A stretch of 64,000 nucleotides of DNA from Candidatus Cloacimonadales bacterium (GTDB taxonomy: Bacteria > Cloacimonadota > Cloacimonadia > Cloacimonadales > JAFGVF01). Location: NCBI GenBank assembly GCA_963678315.1, contig OY782781.1, forward strand, positions 2,528,001 through 2,592,000. The letters are read 5' to 3'. Below are positions 21,201 through 28,520 of the stretch, piece by piece. Position 1 is the stretch's first letter, and every line of letters starts with the position of its first letter. The notes beneath the pieces were generated by a model. It saw nothing but the letters and a program-made list of their open reading frames with translations. It did not search any database and had not been told where the DNA came from. The position numbers were made by a program, and so were the translations under genes.

Positions 21201-21517
21201 ATAGTACCTGCACCGCTACCATACCAACCTGTTTGAGAACCCCAAGTAATCTTTTGGCCAGAAATATTACCTGATTCAGAACCCATATCAGTTGCATTTG
21301 CGGGACTTATACCTTCTGGAAATTCTAATTCTACATAGTCAGCAGCCATATATGAACCACCAGTTATGTTTACATTAAAATTCAGAACATTTATTTGGCC
21401 AGGAGTGTACTCACTACTTGTGGATACCTCAGCACCAAACTCTCTTCCATTCGCACTTAAACTTAGTGAAAACAACATGAAAACAACTATTACGATAAGA
21501 TTTAACCTCTTATTCAT
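15221..21517 (-). CDS. Large secreted multidomain adhesin-like protein (ASH/Ig, cleaved-adhesin, FN3) with T9SS-type/FlgD-Ig C-terminal domain
   Basis: Signal peptide; repeated NWLVTP/DWMITP and YIAF cleaved-adhesin motifs; C-terminus NYPNPFNPETTINF...SGVFFYKM...KKMILMK. Confidence 0.88.
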   Translation of the reverse strand: MNKRLNLIVIVVFMLFSLSLSANGREFGAEVSTSSEYTPGQINVLNFNVNITGGSYMAADYVELEFPEGISPANATDMGSESGNISGQKITWGSQTGWYGSGAGTISGNNSVEVTVEISDIVSGNQTIEWEILGDSPYDVELVSGDCYVNQLAVSPIIALDTDHIAFPPTVIGESNTAILTVSNIGINSLTIDSITGNDDVFEISDYSTSIEEGESLEIEVTFTPTEFALSSSSIIISSNGGLDKEVDINGIGINEVTNVESFEAIFEPSGWTDPGNVWAQSSSHPFDGEKSALCGGNVNDYLVTPKLHIVDGDKVIYHSSNGYDNPGGIILGISSDASNWTELNTTSFTDIYQTIEVDLSSFVGDYYLGFKREGDRYTHLDQVIFPAISTEGQVPSAVTLVQPQDAALNVTKNIELAWNSDLYAQGYKLSIGTDTEGTNLLNEEDLGLVTSYEIELDWSTQYFWSIRPYSSYGEAEDVAVWSFTTEANPVAEPPYIQDFTEFLPAFWTKARGFLTEDSTLESSTSGWIADGYLNDGDEGSARLNIWGTGVRYWLITPTIDLASGSEYELTFDTGLTSYNGTTASSLSEDDVFAVVISTDNGATWSNANILREWRSTDTISNTGETVTISLADYSEQVKIAFYGESTLSNNDYNVYVDNFKVLPAVETPVISLSVEEIEFNDTIVDSTRTVDNITIGNSGSGTLRITSIDLSDTDNFSLIDSNDYPVEMMTNSIELAVNFNPTSAGQHSANVTISTNVGDYTIDVNGLAYVPLAGDIIETAIDVVLDDEGNFLYTASNSAMYNDYDLPANDGKDVVFKLVFDNDAEASISLLGSDYDTKLGVYAEGVLPASDNYLFYNDNFDTRIPQSSLEDLTFEAGTYYIVVDSYAGAEGNYSLQINASVQTVEANVTLSADVIDFTDMNVGNSTDTKNLVISNNGETSFVINSISLDSDDFNYTLNGQLPIEISENIFNVGLAFVPQTAEQKEVQLTINTNAGDYQVTLQGNALDIATYYESFEHENYPPAGWLSIDNDGDEHSWNSWSGSYARTGDKFTKSNSGSMFGDDYDPQNWLVTPKVNVREADSLIYYVRPMNPEIYGDSYDIKVSTSGTNVSDFTTTIASEQVGPEIWERKVVDLSDFVGQDIYIAFYHYNDDSVDTYAFGIDDIFLPPLVYDQVPSVTSLIYPEDDQEYVYHTTALYWNEAANANGYKINVGTDNPPTNILNNVEVGSVTSKVLTNLEPETQYYWQVIPTNSIGDASNAPIWNFTTSSFSNLDVPVTDNFNDYNSMPFFPLGWSEFLGLYGTENDTRIINTYLGWGLDNFANQEADNDALTIEFYGDEVANWVVSPLVDLGSNEDIVNQVRFDLALTKSTTQEIANFGSDDKLMLMISTDNGASWTEDNILKVWNSNTPISNTGQSEVVDLDGYSGEVVFAFYAESTEESPNCKISIDNLFIGEQATNPVFNILPNNHRFDLTQTGNMSATKSFRIANVGIGTLEINSVELTGDGADQFVMIDSNTYPSEITTGQIDFNVIFRPTNSGLQEAFITVSDGRELHNIPISGYAYGTEGNTIDDPIQVEFTDNEYTAYGNSESFDNTYVLPYETAIDDANDVVYKLSFEDDMTVHVALNEVSWDTKVAVYSASETPGPDNALYYNDDSEEMRLLRNDNRNPQRGYNSIITFMDLPAGDYFLIVDGSNKTSWFEPYGEYRIDIAAYHFVPATNLTAVVENSNVALNWDAPQADDGSIVGYAVFRDGHGLTPALVTNTSYIDDTVVAGFEYSYQIVAYYNEPAGYSHPTASATVSFGELSSQVFSDDFEDYDDFAIEFDPWTLHNVDGANNYAIQDFEWANMAAPYAYMIFNPYNVNPSITIPEFQAHSATKFVAHFASEGVTNNDWMITPQIQLGSQSSIDFWAKSFTKLYGSDYIKVLVSTTGTEPEDFTALTEIPTDGEEVPTSWKHYIYSLADYEGQTVYIAIQTVSEEGFLLMIDQVTVRSNQGSVDNEDNNVDMFTESLNNNYPNPFNPETTINFSMKERGKVRIDIFNVKGQKVNTLINDTVDAGSHNVVWNGKDSQGRRVASGVFFYKMKTKNISQVKKMILMK

Positions 21518-21537
21518 TTTGTTCTCCCATTAATAAT

Positions 21538-22347
21538 TTATTTGTGGCGGTAATTTCTTTCAAATTCTTCGATTGTTATACTATTCTCCCAATGTTTATA
21601 GAATACTTCTGTTAATATACTTGCTAGACCCTTATTTGGAACTGAAATAAATGCCATGTTTACATCACTTTCAGGTGCTTCTAAAATATGAAATATTACA
21701 TGATTATCATCAAATATTAAGAATTTAATTGGGACATGATCCGTTAATCTGATCTCTTCTCCCTCACTCTCACTTTTCTTAACAAATGATAAAAAATCTT
21801 CAATTCTTTCATACTCAATTTCAACCAAGGTCTTATTTGATATACTTCTAGAATGGCTCAACTCATCTAAAGTATCCCATTCTTCATCATCCTCATTAAC
21901 TAAGTAAGGAGGTTTTGAAAAAGTTAATATCTGCTTTTTTGTCTGCGGAATAAGTTCTTGAACTTTATTTACTAGTACGTTTCTGTTCAAAATAAGTTCA
22001 ATTTTATTCATTGTGTTTCTAGCATTAAGAACTTTATCATAGATTGGTTGGAAAAAATCCTCAGTCATTTGAAGATTCTTTTCCTTCTCGGCTAATATTT
22101 CACGATAATACTTAAACGCTTCCTTGGGACTTATCGGTTCATAAAGCTTAGTTTGTCCTTGATATTCAGAACAAAAACCCTTAACAACTAATGAATTCAA
22201 TAATTCATAAACTTTTGCCCTAGCTATCCCCGCAGAACTTGCAATTTTACTTGCATTTGCTTGTCCTAATTTTAATAGCGCAAAGTATGTTTTTGCTTCA
22301 TAATTGGTAAGCCCTAAGTCAATCAACGCTTTTATTTCATCATTCAT
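21538..22347 (-). CDS. TrmB family transcriptional regulator
   Basis: LGLTNYEAKTYFALL...IARAKVYELLNSLVVKG wHTH; PLD-like C-domain (KFLIFD). Confidence 0.9.
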   Translation of the reverse strand: MNDEIKALIDLGLTNYEAKTYFALLKLGQANASKIASSAGIARAKVYELLNSLVVKGFCSEYQGQTKLYEPISPKEAFKYYREILAEKEKNLQMTEDFFQPIYDKVLNARNTMNKIELILNRNVLVNKVQELIPQTKKQILTFSKPPYLVNEDDEEWDTLDELSHSRSISNKTLVEIEYERIEDFLSFVKKSESEGEEIRLTDHVPIKFLIFDDNHVIFHILEAPESDVNMAFISVPNKGLASILTEVFYKHWENSITIEEFERNYRHK

Positions 22348-22611
22348 ATCAGCTCCATTTTCATTGTTGTATCTTTCAGTGACACTATGTCTAATTTATT
22401 ACTATAGAAAGACTGTCAACAATATTTTTCACTTTTGATTTTCCTTTGCGTTTTTCTATTTCTAAAATACAAATAGCCCTAATTATAATACAAATGGATA
22501 ATTTTAATCCTATGCTGCATATAGCATAATAAGTATTCGATAAATATATATTGACTATTAATAACTACAATTTAAGAAGGGTTTCATAAACTAATCTCAA
22601 GAGGAAAATTT

Positions 22612-23772
22612 ATGAAAAAGTCGTTCAAGACTCTCATTTTAATGCTAGTTTTTTTATGTTGTGTTGGTGTGTGCTTTGCCTCTGAAAGCGGTATAGAAGA
22701 CCAATTACAAGAAGTTATCCAAGTTCAAAAGTATTTTAGAGCTATCCATGTAATGGCCATGCTTTTAGTTGGTTTCGGATTCCTAATGGTATTTGTAAAA
22801 AGGTATGGAAGAAGTGCTCTAACTGCAACCTACATTATGGTAAGTTTGGCAATCCCACTTTATATGCTTATTGAGCATAGTCATCTTTTCGCTGAACCAC
22901 AAAATGCTATTACAAGTTTAATCTTGGCTGAGTTCTCAGCTGCTGCCTTATTAATTTCAGCTGGAGCAGTCTTAGGTAGATTAAAACTTCACCAATATCT
23001 AATATTAGGTCTATTATTCATTCCATTCTACACTATTAACGAATGGATAATGTTGGATAATGGTTTAGGTTTAATCCCTCACGGTTCTTTAGTAGATACT
23101 GGTGGTTCTATAGTAATTCACACTTTTGGAGCTATTTTTGGCTTTGGATTAATCTTCTCATTAACTCGTAAGAATGAATACCATAAAGAGGTAGAGTCTG
23201 ATTCTACAAGTGACAGATTTTCTCTCCTTGGAAGTATGATGCTTTGGGTTTTCTGGCCAAGTTTCTGTGCTGCTCTTGTAGAACCAAAAGATTTAATTTC
23301 TACTATCACAAATGTAATTCTTGCACTTTGCGGTTCCACCCTAATCACCTACTTAGCTTCACTAACTATTAGAAAGAAAGTATCTCCAGAAGATATTGCT
23401 AATGCTACTCTTGCTGGTGGTGTTGCTATTGGTTCAACATGCGATGTAACAACAGCTCCATGGGCTTTTGCTATCGGTGCAATTGCTGGACTAATCTCAA
23501 CAATCGGTTTCTCAATTATTAAAGAAAAATTACAACATAAGATTCATAAAATTGATACTTGTGGAGTTCTCTATCTTCATGGGTTACCTGGTATATTTGG
23601 TGGACTCATTGCATTAGCTGTTACTAAAGGAATTGATGTTAAATCTCAAGTTCTTGGTATAGTAATCACAGTAGTTATTGCTTTTGTAACTGGATTAATT
23701 TCTGGAAAAGTCATTTCATTCTTTGGCTTAAGAAGTAATGCTTATAATGACGAAGAAGAATTAGAAGTATAA
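22612..23772 (+). CDS. Rhesus (Rh50)-type ammonium transporter
   Basis: HVMAMLLVGFGFLMVFVKRYG, DTGGSIVIHTFGA, LWVFWPSF, NATLAGGVAIG, DTCGVLYLHGLPG are Rh-type rather than AmtB-type signatures. Confidence 0.88.
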   Translation: MKKSFKTLILMLVFLCCVGVCFASESGIEDQLQEVIQVQKYFRAIHVMAMLLVGFGFLMVFVKRYGRSALTATYIMVSLAIPLYMLIEHSHLFAEPQNAITSLILAEFSAAALLISAGAVLGRLKLHQYLILGLLFIPFYTINEWIMLDNGLGLIPHGSLVDTGGSIVIHTFGAIFGFGLIFSLTRKNEYHKEVESDSTSDRFSLLGSMMLWVFWPSFCAALVEPKDLISTITNVILALCGSTLITYLASLTIRKKVSPEDIANATLAGGVAIGSTCDVTTAPWAFAIGAIAGLISTIGFSIIKEKLQHKIHKIDTCGVLYLHGLPGIFGGLIALAVTKGIDVKSQVLGIVITVVIAFVTGLISGKVISFFGLRSNAYNDEEELEV

Positions 23773-23793
23773 TATATTTTGAATTTCAAATGT

Positions 23794-23824
23794 AAGTGAC
23801 GTAAGAATTTGCGTCACTTTTTTT
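23794..23824 (+). terminator. Intrinsic terminator after Rh gene
   Basis: AAGTGACGTAA-gaat-TTGCGTCACTT plus T-run. Confidence 0.8.
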
Positions 23825-23901
23825 ATGTTAACAAATAACATGAGTCTTTATTAAAATCATGGACTCAAAATAGATATGTCCTTTTAGGATAATGCAAGGT
23901 C

Positions 23902-23951
23902 TTTGCGTAAGCATGAACTTTGTTCAACCTATCGGTGGATGCTTACACTCC
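23902..23951 (-). repeat. Solo inverted copy of module A of the 149-bp array unit
   Basis: Reverse complement of GGAGTGTAAGCATCCACCGATAGGTTGAAC(A/G)AAGTTCATGCTTACGCAAA, one mismatch in a loop. Confidence 0.9.
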
Positions 23952-23958
23952 CTTTTCT

Positions 23959-24077
23959 GAGAGGTTTTTCCAAAGATCTCTACTTTGGTACACAAGCTTC
24001 TAGCTTGTCAGCAGTCTGAGACGTTTTTCCAAACGTCTCTACAAATTCACTTATAACTGCGTTCTAAGTGAAGCCAG
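23959..24077 (-). repeat. Two GTAG-type REP-like palindromes plus a shared hairpin block
   Basis: Minus strand GTAGAGACGTTTGGAAAAACGTCTC (24018-24042) and degenerate copy (23959-23983); 24018-24077 nearly identical to 39581-39646. Confidence 0.8.
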
Positions 24078-24127
24078 CTATCCGGCAGTAGCAGGACTAA
24101 AGGCAAAGCGTTCCCAGTAACTGCATC

Positions 24128-24184
24128 CTTAAGGGTCACCTTGAAAAATCGGCTTTTTTTCAAAGAGGCAAGTAAGGCTGACCT
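24128..24184 (+). repeat. Dispersed palindromic repeat family B
   Basis: CCTTGAAAAATCGGCTTTTTTTCAAAGAGGCAAGTAAGG, matches 39686-39736 and reverse complement of 58660-58720. Confidence 0.85.
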
Positions 24185-24205
24185 TATATTCTGCTGTGTT
24201 TTGAA

Positions 24206-25075
24206 TTACTCACAACAATTTCTGATGTACTTATCAAACTTAGCAGGAGCTTGGATTGAGAATTCTATCTCTTTATTATTTTTTGGGTGTTTGAATTTTA
24301 AATATGTAGAAGTCAGAAACAATCCTCTATTTTTAAGTACTTTTTGATTTTTTGTATAGAGTTGGTCACCTAAAATTGGATGATCAATAGAAGCTAGATG
24401 AATTCTAAGTTGATGGGTCCTTCCCGTAAATAAATTAAGTTTTACAAAAGATACATATTGGCAGTATTTAGATTGGTATACTGCTAAAGTCTGAAATTGA
24501 GAATGAGCTTCTTTTCCGTTAATAGGAGTCTTTATATCTCCTGATTGAGCTAGCTCTCCAACAACCAAAGCCTTATAGCTTTTTTTAACTAACCTATCTT
24601 CAAATTGGTGAGATAAACTTATCAAAGCGTCAGATGTTTTAGCAAAGACAATCAATCCTGATGTCAGGTAATCTAATCTATGAACAGGGCGTATTACATC
24701 AAGTGCTGAATCTAAGTGAGACTTCTTCAGCGTCCTTTGAACAGCATTTTCTAGAGTACGAAACTTATTGCCACTGACTTCTATTCCTGCAGGTTTATTT
24801 ATCACTGCAAGATAATCATCTTCATAAACAATTTGTAAGTCCAGCATAAACTTACTTGTTTTTCTAGTATGGCTTTCACTGATTTCAATGATATCGCCAT
24901 TTTCTAGCCAAGTTGATGTAAAAGCTACTTGGGAATTGACTTTTAGCTCCCCAGCTTTTATTGCTTTTACTAAGGACTTCCGACTAAAAAATGTCTTTGT
25001 ATTTCTATAATCAAAATCACTTAGTCTTGTTTTATTAGTCAAATCACAGACATGTATCTTTTCAATAATATTCAT
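24206..25075 (-). CDS. RluA/RluD family pseudouridine synthase
   Basis: S4-like N-terminus, NKPAG, HRLDYLTSG, TGRTHQLRIH, HPILGDQLY. Confidence 0.93.
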   Translation of the reverse strand: MNIIEKIHVCDLTNKTRLSDFDYRNTKTFFSRKSLVKAIKAGELKVNSQVAFTSTWLENGDIIEISESHTRKTSKFMLDLQIVYEDDYLAVINKPAGIEVSGNKFRTLENAVQRTLKKSHLDSALDVIRPVHRLDYLTSGLIVFAKTSDALISLSHQFEDRLVKKSYKALVVGELAQSGDIKTPINGKEAHSQFQTLAVYQSKYCQYVSFVKLNLFTGRTHQLRIHLASIDHPILGDQLYTKNQKVLKNRGLFLTSTYLKFKHPKNNKEIEFSIQAPAKFDKYIRNCCE

Positions 25076-25154
25076 TATATAAACTACCTATTAAATTCTT
25101 TATTGACTGATATTCCCAAATTTCTAATTATGACAAGAAAAAATATAATAAAAG

Positions 25155-26363
25155 GTGTTTTATACTATGGATTACAAGAATTATTACTCGCAAAGTACAG
25201 TTTCAATGAAATCATCTATGATTAGAGAGTTAGTAGCATCTACAAAAGGAATTGAAGGTTTAATATCCTTCGCAGGTGGATTCCCTTCACCAAAAACTTT
25301 TCCTTCAGTAGAGCTTGGAGATATATATTGCCAAGTTGTTAAGAATGAAGGTTCTGATGTACTTCAGTATGGTCCGACTGATGGAGATCCTAAATTTAAA
25401 CAAGCAATCATAAGAAATGAAAATAAAGTAAATTTAGCTGCGGATGAAATTGTTACAAGCGTTGGTTCTACAAACGCAATCTATGCTTATGCAAAGTCAT
25501 TGATTAATCCTGGAGATTCTATTATTTGTGAAGCTCCAAGTTTCTTAGGAACTCTTGTTTCTTTTGAAGCATTAGGTGCTAAATTGATTGGTGTTGATGT
25601 TGAAGATGACGGTATCAACATTACCATGTTAGAAGAAAAAATAATAGCTAACAAAAATGGTGAAGATAATATTAAATTTATTTATGTCATTCCTGAATTC
25701 CAAAACCCTTCAGGTGTAACTATGAGCAAAGAAAAACGCCAACAATTAATCGAAATTGCTAGCAAATATGATATTCCGATATTAGAAGATAACCCTTACG
25801 GAGAGTTAAGATACACTGGTGAAAGAATTGATTCTGTATTTGAAATAGCTAGAGCAAAAGGATCAAATATTGTTACATCAGTTAAATCTTTCTCAAAAGT
25901 TTTAGGACCTGGCATGAGATGTGCTTATATCATGGGTGATGCTAACCTAATGACTCAAATTGCATTATGGCTACAAAAAATGATTGTATCAAGTGACTGT
26001 GTGACTCAAAGAGTAGTTTCACACGTATTAAATAATGACATGCTTGCTACTCAAATTGCCAAGATTTCTGAAATCTACAAACCAAGTTTAGATGCTATGC
26101 TTAGTGCTTTAGAAAAATACATGCCTAAGACAATTAAATGGACAAAACCGGAAGGAGGCATGTTTATTTGGGTAACTTTACCAGATCATATGTCAGGCGA
26201 CCAACTTTTTGAAAAAGCTAAAGCTGAAAAAGTTGCTTTCATTCCTGGAAGTAAGTTCTATCCTACTGGACAAGAAAAGTATAATGCTATAAGGTTAAAC
26301 TTCACTTTTGCTGATCCTGAAACAATCGATGAAGGTGTAAAAAGACTAAGTAAATTGTTCTAA
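25155..26363 (+). CDS. PLP-dependent class I/II aminotransferase (LysN/ARO8-like)
   Basis: ISFAGGFP, FQNPSG, EDNPY, SFSKVLGPGMR, PEGGMF; true start may be ATG 25167. Confidence 0.9.
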   Translation: MFYTMDYKNYYSQSTVSMKSSMIRELVASTKGIEGLISFAGGFPSPKTFPSVELGDIYCQVVKNEGSDVLQYGPTDGDPKFKQAIIRNENKVNLAADEIVTSVGSTNAIYAYAKSLINPGDSIICEAPSFLGTLVSFEALGAKLIGVDVEDDGINITMLEEKIIANKNGEDNIKFIYVIPEFQNPSGVTMSKEKRQQLIEIASKYDIPILEDNPYGELRYTGERIDSVFEIARAKGSNIVTSVKSFSKVLGPGMRCAYIMGDANLMTQIALWLQKMIVSSDCVTQRVVSHVLNNDMLATQIAKISEIYKPSLDAMLSALEKYMPKTIKWTKPEGGMFIWVTLPDHMSGDQLFEKAKAEKVAFIPGSKFYPTGQEKYNAIRLNFTFADPETIDEGVKRLSKLF

Positions 26364-26383
26364 TTCAAAGATTACAATATTAT

Positions 26384-26415
26384 AGAGCTTACAATAACAA
26401 TTTGTAGGCTCTTTT
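26384..26415 (+). terminator. Probable intrinsic terminator
   Basis: AGAGCTTACAA-N7-TTGTAGGCTCT plus Ts. Confidence 0.65.
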
Positions 26416-26442
26416 CTTATAGAAATAAAAAATACAATTTAA

Positions 26443-26471
26443 TTGACAACTTTAGGTAATTTGCTTATTTT
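26443..26471 (+). promoter_or_regulatory. Sigma70-type promoter for the ddl operon
   Basis: TTGACA-17 nt-TATTTT just upstream of the GAGG RBS of ddl. Confidence 0.55.
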
Positions 26472-26486
26472 ATAGTTAGAGGTATT

Positions 26487-27395
26487 ATGGAAAAAATAGT
26501 TTTGTTATATGGAGGAAAATCCTCCGAGAGAGAAATCTCTATAAAGTCATCTGAAGCTATTGAAAAAGCACTTATAGAGCTTAATTATAGCGTTTCTAAA
26601 CTTGACCCAAGTGTATTCACTTCTCCCAGTGATTTAATAGCCGAGATTATAGCTATAAAGCCACTAATCGTGTTTATTGGTTTACACGGTGGAGATGGAG
26701 AAGATGGAAATATCCAAACTTTGCTTGCTATGCATAATATAAAATTTACTGGAACTGGCTCATTAGGTAGTAAAATAGCTATGGATAAATATATATCCAA
26801 ATTACTGGCATCTGACTTAAAAATACCAGTGCCAAACTTCATTTATTTATCAGAGAACGAGACCTTAAACAAAGACAATTTAAAATTTCCTCTTGTTGTA
26901 AAGCCTAACAATGGTGGATCTTCTGTTGGAGTATCAATCGTAAAGGACATCAATCAACTTGATAAGGCAATCCAAGAAGCCTTCAAGCATGATACAGCTA
27001 TCCTAATTGAAGATTACATTCCTGGTAGAGAACTAACTGTGACGGTTCTAGGTGAAAAGACCTACCCTGTAGTTGAAATTAAACCTGAAAATGGTTGGTA
27101 TGATTATCAGAATAAATACACTAAAGGAAATACAAATTATATCTGCCCTGCTGTAATAACTGATAAAGAATCGGAACTTGTTTCAGAATATGCACTAAAA
27201 TACTATAAGAGATTAAACTTAAAAGCTTATGCAAGAATAGACTTTAGATTTGATGGAGATAAATTCTATTTCTTAGAGGCAAATACACTTCCTGGAATGA
27301 CATCATTAAGTTTAACTCCAATGTCTGTAAAAGAAAGAGGAATATCATTCACTGAATTAATACAAAAGATTATTAACTATTCACTAAGAAGGTAA
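26487..27395 (+). CDS. ddl: D-alanine--D-alanine ligase
   Basis: GGKSSEREIS, LHGGDGEDG, GGSSVGV, YDYQNKY, EANTLPGMT. Confidence 0.96.
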   Translation: MEKIVLLYGGKSSEREISIKSSEAIEKALIELNYSVSKLDPSVFTSPSDLIAEIIAIKPLIVFIGLHGGDGEDGNIQTLLAMHNIKFTGTGSLGSKIAMDKYISKLLASDLKIPVPNFIYLSENETLNKDNLKFPLVVKPNNGGSSVGVSIVKDINQLDKAIQEAFKHDTAILIEDYIPGRELTVTVLGEKTYPVVEIKPENGWYDYQNKYTKGNTNYICPAVITDKESELVSEYALKYYKRLNLKAYARIDFRFDGDKFYFLEANTLPGMTSLSLTPMSVKERGISFTELIQKIINYSLRR

Positions 27396-27396
27396 T

Positions 27397-28512
27397 ATGA
27401 GAAAATATGTTCTGCTTTTTATAGTTTTGTTGTTAAGCGTAACAATTAATGCCCAAGATAGTTTTGATATAAATATTGCTTCCACACGACCAATTCTTAA
27501 TGAATTTAAAATTTCTTACGTTGACCCAGCTTCCCCACAAGCACAACCATATTTATTCTATATGGATATTGAAGTACCAGCTTATAATGAAGACAACTTT
27601 ATGGATGCTCCTTATCATTTAAACTTATCTTTTTGGTGGAATGATCATGAGATTTTTGATACTAAATTAGTACCTATCAATGCTGCTTTAAGCCCTTCTA
27701 ACTCTTTTAGAGTCTTCAACAAAGATTTAATCACATCAGTTGGATCTACTTTCTTTGAGTTTGCTCCAGGAGAAGATATTTCTTTAGAAGAGATTATAAA
27801 TAATAGTCCTGAGCTTGAAGATTTTGTTCTCGAAACAGGTAGATTTCCAGATGGCACTTATAGATTTGATGTTGAACTTGTAGCTAATATTGAAAATCTT
27901 TCAAATAAAAGTTCCAGTACAAGCTTTCTAGTTCAATCTATTCAGAATGTTCACTTAATAAATCCAGGTATAGGCAACACTAGTTATGATATACCGATAG
28001 TTACTGAACCAATTACTTTCAATTGGAACTCAGCCGGAATAGATAACAAATATCAGATAGAAATAAGAGAATATGATGAGTTATATGAATTTCAAAATGA
28101 TAATGCAGAAATAAATGGTAGAATCGTTGTTAAAGATAATATTGAAAAGATAAGATTTTATCAGGCAGATTATAATTTCAAAGATGAGAAGTATTATGGT
28201 TGGAGAATCAATGTAAGTTTTACAGATGAAATGTCTCTAAACTTAGATTCTGACAAACAAGCTCTACATAGTGAATTCAAATTCTTTCAATATAAATCAT
28301 CTCAAGGAAATCCTGTGAGTAATGTATTTATAGACGACTTCCTTGAAGCTCTTAAGCAAATGGATAACGATGAAATAAATGCGATTTTAAAGAGTGGTTA
28401 TCTACCAAAGGGCGGATTGGAATTAAATGGTCAATACTACTATGGGAAACAAGCTCTTGATTTAATTAAAGATTTAAAAGATATCGACATATTAGATACA
28501 AGCATTGAATAG
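27397..28512 (+). CDS. Secreted hypothetical protein (beta-rich, FN3-like segment)
   Basis: Signal peptide ending TINA-QD; ITFNW...YQIEI...YGWRI pattern; 1 nt after ddl stop. Confidence 0.65.
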   Translation: MRKYVLLFIVLLLSVTINAQDSFDINIASTRPILNEFKISYVDPASPQAQPYLFYMDIEVPAYNEDNFMDAPYHLNLSFWWNDHEIFDTKLVPINAALSPSNSFRVFNKDLITSVGSTFFEFAPGEDISLEEIINNSPELEDFVLETGRFPDGTYRFDVELVANIENLSNKSSSTSFLVQSIQNVHLINPGIGNTSYDIPIVTEPITFNWNSAGIDNKYQIEIREYDELYEFQNDNAEINGRIVVKDNIEKIRFYQADYNFKDEKYYGWRINVSFTDEMSLNLDSDKQALHSEFKFFQYKSSQGNPVSNVFIDDFLEALKQMDNDEINAILKSGYLPKGGLELNGQYYYGKQALDLIKDLKDIDILDTSIE

Positions 28513-28520
28513 GAGATGAT

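Noticed and set aside
24141..24347. 68-aa ORF on + strand
   Set aside because: Starts inside a family B repeat and runs antisense to the pseudouridine synthase.
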